From: Balanoglossus misakiensis
Taxonomy: Eukaryota; Animalia; Hemichordata
NCBI GenBank assembly: GCA_040954595.2
Contig: CM082592.2
Coordinates: 7,861,677-7,925,676, forward strand
DNA length: 64,000 bases
Direction: 5' to 3'
Under the pieces are notes generated by a model, which worked only from the letters and a program-made list of their open reading frames with translations, did no database searches and was not told the origin of the DNA. Every line of letters starts with the position of its first letter. The stretch's first letter is position 1. The translations under genes and the position numbers were made by a program. Shown piece after piece: positions 52,952 through 64,000 of the stretch.

Positions 52952-55367
52952 GTTTGGCTTGCATGGCAAATTTGTAGAACACTGCAGTGTAGCAATGGAA
53001 GAGAACAACACGCCAGTCTGTACAAGACAGAGTCTGTCTCACTATAATCTTACACCTGTACCACAACCAATGTAACCCAAATATTTAAAATCAACTTCAG
53101 AACGACCATTTTTTGTGTAATGGTGTTGTCGAAAACTAAATGTTACAAACTGAAGAACCAGCAGTGACTGCTGTTTTGTCAAAATAAAATGTAATGTGGA
53201 TACAAACTGTCAAAGAAAATACTTTAAAAACATAAATTCTATGTTGTCACCTTGTTCAACTGTACTGAAAATCAATCCTAATATTGTGATTTGGTGATGT
53301 GAGAATTTCAAGTCTGATTGTATGGTTCAGTTAAGTTTGGAAAAGTTTTTCTTGCCTCATTCAAGAAAAAAAATGTACTCTTGATTGGTGATTCAAGCAC
53401 ATAAAAGGTGCCTCCAGTCAAATTCAGTTAAGCAACCCTGTCATTGGCTGGTCATCAGCCAATGGCTGCTAAGCAGCCTGTCCATCTTAGGCACTATAGG
53501 TTGCACGAAAATACACTGTTGTGTCCTGTTAGTATTTAATGACTTTAAACTCCACCAAATCTGTTTGATTAACTATTTGGTGTGTTGTTGAAAAAAACTT
53601 TCTGGTAAGTTTTATTACTGTAAAACTGGCCAAATTTTTACAACCATTGACCTTCCAGTTTCTTTTTCCCTTATAAAATGATTAATGCCAGTACACGCAA
53701 AAGATTTGTTGCATGTTCGTCATTTTGCTACAGTGTGAGTGAGCTTAAATAAATCATTATATTTATGATAAGTAAGATTGAATGGGCATTTATAATTGTA
53801 CATAACCTAAGTTGAGCTCTCTGCATATATTTTGCTACTGGTATGCAACGGGTAATGTTCAGCGACTGGATGTAACCATGGGGGAGAACTTGGAAACTAT
53901 TTTTGCATCTCACATTTCATTAATGTGTTAAAATTAAAATGCAGTGCTCAGTTACATCTATCACAGTGCAAACAGCAGCAATGTGATTAAAGCAAACATG
54001 CTTCGACTTCTCTTGACTTCAATTTCGTTGAATTTCAAAGACATCTTGAAAACCACACAGTGAATTGAAAATTTAGTTTTTGATAATATATATGATTTTT
54101 TGTTTATGGCAACATTTATACTCATTTACCATTGTGAAAGAAAACCCTGCAGCTATACAAAGTCTGACATATTTTCTTGAAAGAAATAAGGGTTTTTTTG
54201 CTTGGTTTAAGTGCAAAAATACACATTTTCTCCCAAACATTCATTAATATTACAAACACAAATATTCATACAATCAATCTTGACAAATTTGGACAATGTG
54301 ACATTTAGGAATAACTGCTCCTATTCTAAGTTACAAAATATCCGCATTTGAAGTATGTTGGCACATTTTTATGCTGTTTTTTTGCAAAAATATTGACAAG
54401 GTGTAATATCAGACAAGCTCTACCTCCCAGGAGCTTACTGACGGGAAATTTCAGGAATAATTAAAGTTTTGGCAAATACACACATCTCTTATTACTCTTC
54501 CACATAGAAAAACACATGTCTATTCTATAAACAGGGGAAAAGATCTACAATTAACCGACAATTTTTCACAATCTATTCAAATTTTCACTTTGGCATTTTT
54601 CCTTAGAAATAAAATTTATGTTAGATTAAACAACAGCTGTGACATTTCACTTTTTTTTTAAGAAAAAAAAGTTCACAGTTGTTGGTTTGCTTGTTATTGT
54701 TAGTGATATGCTGAACCTGTCTGACTTGGTCAGACTGGTTCATTGTAAATACAGTTTCATATCCCACCCGACCAATGTTAGTACTCTGTGTATTTGGAAA
54801 GGCACATTAAATATATATATATATCAATCAGAATGGATTTATCTGGTTGACAGCAAAAAAAAATTATAACTAAACTTTCATATTGAAAGAAAACAACCCC
54901 TTCTTTGCATGTAAACGCGGTGACAGTGTTCAATTTTATAACAAGGAAGTTGTATTCTTCAGGTCGTACGTGTTTCTTGAAAAGCCACTTTTTTGAGCTT
55001 CAACCCTCTTGAAAAACGCTTCCCGAAAATCATCCGAAAATTGGGTTATATTTTGAAGTTGCTGCCATCTTGAAATCTTGCCAGTTCAGAAACTGCTGCC
55101 ACCACGAGAAGCTAGATTTGTTCTTCAAAAGCTGCCGTTTGGAGACGCCATTTTGAAAATGCTGCCCTCTGGAGGCACCAGTCTGCAAACAGCCATTTTG
55201 AAAATGCCGCCATCTGGAAATGATGTCATCTTGAAAATCCTGTCCTCTTGAAACTGCTTTCACTTCTAAATCAAGCTGCAAGAAATTCACAAAATTACTT
55301 CTCTTTCTGTTATCTCCTCACTTACATGTACCACAATGTCCTGCAAGTCCAGGTGAAAAACCCTTTG

Positions 55368-58300
55368 CTACGCTCTGGTTGTCGGGTGAATATTAACACT
55401 TTTCGTCAACTCCATATTTGGCAAGTGTCCGTTGAGGATTTGCAACTGTGCTATTGGTAGCTGTATGGTTTGTTGCTGTGCTATGTGTCCGTGAAGCATT
55501 GGTTGAGTCTGTATAATGGTTGCGGTTGTAGTCACGGTTTGAGCAGGCCTCACAGGAAGAAGTCCTCTGCTTTCCCTGGAAGAGACAAAAACAAAGAAAT
55601 TGCAATCTTTGTTTACAATTGTATTATGATCATTGATACATGTATTTTTAAAATACAGTGACTGAACAACATTTTCCCGAAAATCACTCCAAACACTTGG
55701 TAATTTCTATACAAATGCAATATATAAATGATGAAACTACATGTATTTAAAAAAAGCCAAAAGTACAGTGGGTCTCCTTAAGCAGACCTGTGATTTTTGC
55801 CATGTCATTAAAAACCTGTTTGAACTGCCAAACATGTAAGTTAACACATGTACTCAACATGCTAAGAGCAATTTTAAATGCGTAGCTCAAATATTTTTTT
55901 TGTACAAATGTACCAGACTTGGGACTGCCACAGAAATCCACATGTTTTGATCCTTCTTTTTTCGCACACTGAAGCGAGGGGATTTTAGGCTTCAGTTGAC
56001 ATCACAATCGACACAACCCACCTGGCCACCTGTTCACGGTTGAACTGTTGACAAGAATACAGCCCCTGTCACTAAATGTTAATGCGTCATGGCCCTGGGG
56101 CTGGAAACCTGCCTAGCAGCACAAAATGCATTTTCAGAGTGTGTCTAACACTAAACAGTTGGGCAAGTGCACTATGCTAGAAAAACAGGAACTAGTACTT
56201 CACAAAACAGTTGCCATGGAGATTACATGTTGTGTGAACTAAGTGATCAAAACCACAACACAGCAATTTAAAAAAATATGTTTTTAAATACATTCTTAAA
56301 AACTGTTTTTCCCTCTCTTTTTTACTGGAAAAAAAAACACTGCGAATTTCTGACTCCGAGTTAAATTTAATTATTATTAAAATGTTAACCACAAAACTTC
56401 ATGTCTTTTTTCTGCAACTGCTTACAGTCATTTGTAATACATACAACCTATAAAATATGAACGCTTGTGAACCATCCGTTACAAAATGCCAAGGTCACAG
56501 CTCATGCAGCAAGGCAAATTTGATGAATCAGGGAGGAAATGCGGGGAATTGCGACACATAAGTGTGTAAGTGTTGTTTTGCGGTCAGTCACTTTTGTTCT
56601 GTGAATTGCCCATTTCCTCTCGACAGACACAATTAGGTTACTCTTGGCCTAGAATTCGTAGTGCCTTTTCTCGACAGAAAAAAACAGCCAATGGGAATGC
56701 CAGTTACAGGGCATTCCTCAGCGGGGGTGTCGGGTCGTCAACCCCTTTCACCGCCATGGTTTGTTCCAGATTCCAATGTTTTCTATGGCAACGTCGGACC
56801 TCTGTAGCGGGAAACAGGGGTGAGAGGCTTGAAATTGGCAAGTCCAATGTGCGATGCTGGACTGTCTCAGTACAGCCTAAAAATCACAGGGTATATGCCG
56901 GGCTTGCTTTTATACTCTGAAATCATCTGGAGTGAACGAAACGACACAACACGACTGTCTCGTATGCTATGAATAAACACCACACATGTCTCTGTTGGCC
57001 TGCACTGTAGGAATTTCCATGGGTGAATGATATGAAAATGGGCTTAATGTCTTGAATAATGAAGATATATTACCACACACCAGTACCAACCATGTCATAC
57101 TGTTCTCTAGTTTCCATAGAAACAGTGACATTTTAACCTGTCGGAAAATTTGTACTTTGCTGTTTTATTAGAAATCTAGTGTGTATTTGGCGGTTTAACA
57201 AACAATCACGACTAAAATGTATTTTTAGTCACATGACAGCATCAGATGACGTACCTGAGTTTACGAAGTTTTTCGTCCCACATCTTCTTCTCTGTCTCTA
57301 AGGCAAGATTCCGTTCTTTCTCCTTGACCAACTCTCGAAGAACCCTCTCGGAAATTCTACAGTCGGCTTTCAGTCTGTCAATGAACTGAACGGCTGAAAC
57401 AAAAGATGGGAAACTCGTTTGGAATAAATTACCAAAACAGACCAAAACTTAAACACTGACTGAATTCAGACTGTGACTGGCTATGATGATTGTTAATGAC
57501 ATCAAAACATTTTAGAAAATATTATGTGCATGGCCAGCTGTTGTTTGGCACTGCTCAGCTGTCACAAAACATGTATACTGATCATGTACCAATGTCTGAG
57601 TTTACACTGTACATCTCTGTGCATTTTTTGCGTTGTGTGACTGTGAGTGTGTATGTATTATAGATGATAAAATGGAACATGGAAAATTACTGACAAAGGC
57701 AATTATGTAGAACACAGTGACACAAATTCATTTATACAGAGGTCGTAGGAGCAGCTCTCACCAAGGTCAACACCATGGCGACAAATGCTATTTAATTTTA
57801 GTCACGAACAACTTTCCATTGGTATCAAATCTGTTTCAAGGTCAGTTAATCCTCAATAGACTTCACATCCATGAAAATTCACAGAATGGCTTCATTTCAT
57901 CACAGGATACCATACAAGTTCACAAAGTCTTTTTTCTCATGAAATGTCTGAGTCACATCTTTGATTCTGTTAGTTGTTTCTTGTGTGCTCCCGGCTTTTA
58001 ACCACCTGTTTGATGTGTGGCACCTGCGGTTTTCACTTCCCCTCAACTGACTGTGTAAATTTATCTCGAAAACCCAAGATCAAACAAACTTATCGACAGA
58101 CTCCCTGTTATAAACACATTCACTCGAGTAAAAGCTTCCGTACACAAGCGAAGTTGATTTATAAAGGTCGTATAAATGGCATTTTACTTGGAGCTAACAA
58201 TGCTACAGTGGTCCTACAAGGACAAAAAGACTGGAATCCTTTGACACACGCTTTGTTGTTTTTGCCATGTGCATGTGGTCAACAAAACACCACAAAGGCG

Positions 58301-58685
58301 AAGGAATTTTATTTGGTTGACGACTGGTTCTCCGCATATACTTTCGACATAAAACGCAAGTCAGTCCCTTACCGTGTTTTAAAATGGTTTGCTTGCTGTG
58401 GACGGTTTTGCCATTCACGCACAGTCCCGGTAGTAGTTTCCTCAGTTCGTCGTACCTTTTGTTGATCGCCTTCCTCCGCTTCTTCTCGGAGAGTTTGTGA
58501 GTGGCCTTGCGAATCTGAGCGTGCACTTGGCTGGTCAAGTGAAGTTCGAAATCATCAGTGGACGAGACCGAGCTGTCCTTGTCGAAAGAGAAATTGTTAT
58601 GCGTGTCCGGGAGGGGACTCTGCGAGGCGCTGCTACCGCTCGGGCTACTAGTGCTGGCCGTGTCCGAGTTTCCGTCCGAACTCAT
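55368..58685 (-). CDS. Group-B (E-box CACGTG type) bHLH/bHLH-ZIP transcription factor, 3 exons, ~219 aa, family unassigned
   Basis: Exons 58373-58685 (Ser-rich N-terminus; RKATHKLSEKKRRKAINKRYDELRKLLP..SKQTILKH), 57255-57393 (AVQFIDRLKADCRISERVLRELVKEKERNLALETEKK, helix 2 plus coiled coil), 55368-55575 (Q/T-rich tail; less certain). Phases 1 and 2 are compatible. The basic region carries the H-x3-E-x3-R signature. Confidence 0.75.
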
Positions 58686-59099
58686 AATTTGACAGTTTCA
58701 ACGAAGAAAACATCACTTGTTTCACGCGAATTAGCCGGTCTGCCGAGTCCGCTGCGCTGTAATCACTGTGGCACAAACTGCGTATTGTGTATCTTAAGAA
58801 ATCTAGGCTGACCCAAACACCAGCTGCCGAATTACTAAACCGTAAAATAATCACATCTTTCGGGGCAAGCCTCTCTCATGTCTCTTCTAATCCTGTGTCT
58901 TGTCTCATGTGGATCTACAACAACCCTGTGGTTCTAAAAACTCAGTCAGTCTACGTGGACCATTCATTCTCCTCTGCTGCGGTCCCCATCGACTCGTCCA
59001 TGAAAGCGTAATGCATAAAAACACGGTGCAGAAAAGCCTCTGAAAGGATATAAAATATGATGATCAAATTATAAAATTAGACATGCACTCGTCGCCTTT

Positions 59100-59358
59100 G
59101 TTCTGTTGTCACTTTCAAGATGGCGAGGCAAGGGGCTCATATTTATGCTAATAGAGTAACTTCGGCTCTGATTGGTCAGCGATGACATATGTAGCAACAG
59201 TCTATTTTTAGATACAGGTTTTCCGTAGTATAAAATGGCGTCGCTATACAGACAACACGTTCAATATGAGATGTGCCTTTCTGGCCGAATGTACCCACCT
59301 GGAATAGTTTATTAGGAGATAACAGTACTTAAAACAAATCTAACATTAAATCAAGCAG
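59100..59358. promoter_or_regulatory. Divergent promoter between the bHLH gene and MAPK7, with a probable non-coding MAPK7 exon 1
   Basis: YY1-type caagatggcg (~59117) and aaaatggcg (~59232), octamer-like atgctaat, reverse CCAAT ctgattgg and tagcaac. Donor cag|gtgagt after 59358 and acceptor tcctag at 59826. Confidence 0.6.
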
Positions 59359-59836
59359 GTGAGTGTCAGTTTGGTGTGTTCAAAACCAGGAAGTATCATA
59401 TAGATGATGATTTTGTGCGAAAATATCGAGTTTCCATACGAATCAACGAGGTTTTAATGTACAGCAATGTCTATATCGTTCATAATTCAAGTTCTAGACG
59501 TTCAAACATACAATTAAGAAAATCCAAAGAAGCCTGTTTAATCGATATCTGCCGGGCATTCGTATGAACCACAGTCATTTCGTATAAAAGCATAAAACAA
59601 TTGATGGGGGACAATTTAATGCAAAATATTAATTATGAATTACATAGCCGTATGTAAATTTTATGAACTTTGAACCTGATTAACATTCTAGTTAATTTTC
59701 ATATGGTACTTTAATACTATATTCAACTCTAGAACTATCTAGACTGACTAAGTAATGGTACCCAGTTCTTCTTTAGCAGAATCTATTCTTACATCGTTAA
59801 CTTGTAATCCTTGCTTGCTCTCCTAGGTATTTTTAA

Positions 59837-63399
<3,563 letters not shown>

Positions 63400-64000
63400 C
63401 GTGCAGGTTGCTCTGGAAAACTGTGATTGGTTGATGCAATCAAACATGTACATTTCTTCTGAAACTGAAATATACTGGGATGTCTGTAATACTTTTTTCT
63501 GACAACATCACAGTGGATTCTAAATTTTAACTACAGAAGCCTGCTTATCAGAATTACATGATATGTTTATGTGTATAAACAACTTCTTCGAGAATATCAT
63601 TTGTACAGTATAGTCTGTAAGAACAATTTGTGTTTATGTGTAGTGTGAACACGTAAAATTGTGCCATATTTCAGATTTTGCTATCAGAATAATTCTCCTT
63701 GTGTCAGAAGAATGTTTAAATTTCACTCGTATTCGTGCTAAACTTTTTACTTGGCAATTCATGAGAGGCTGTCTACAGGTTACGATACCAAGCTATTTGG
63801 TGAAAAAAAAATTATGTGTGAAAGACAAATGGTCTGTGTCCTGTAAGACATCCAAAGAGTATTATTGCTGTATTTATTGTCATCTGCAGTACTTGAAGAG
63901 TGGTAATGATGGTAAATAAAAAAACTTATTTTCTAACCCATCTGTAGTTGTTGATAAACCACCCATCCACCTTGACCAAACACCTTCCTTGCCCCCAACT

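Overview
Eukaryotic, intron-rich, AT-rich genomic DNA from an invertebrate animal. Gene content and intron positions suggest a non-vertebrate deuterostome such as a hemichordate or echinoderm (inference). Eight spliced protein-coding genes were reconstructed by hand with GT-AG sites and consistent phases: syntaxin-1 (-, with at least three alternative transmembrane last exons), Ran (+), a second plasma-membrane syntaxin (+), a gamma-glutamyltranspeptidase (+), two head-to-head vitamin K epoxide reductases (-/+), an unassigned group-B bHLH-ZIP gene (-) and MAPK7/ERK5 (+, activation loop T-T-Y rather than T-E-Y). Highlights are a box H/ACA snoRNA in a Ran intron with two predicted rRNA targets, a 121-bp tandem promoter module (octamer, CRE, GC box) between the VKOR paralogs, and a Stx-Ran-Stx-VKOR gene order that joins linkages split across human chromosomes 7, 12 and 16. 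Several MITEs and micro/minisatellites are present. Most short ORFs in the supplied track are spurious or antisense to exons. No database searches were run; homology calls come from recognised motifs.
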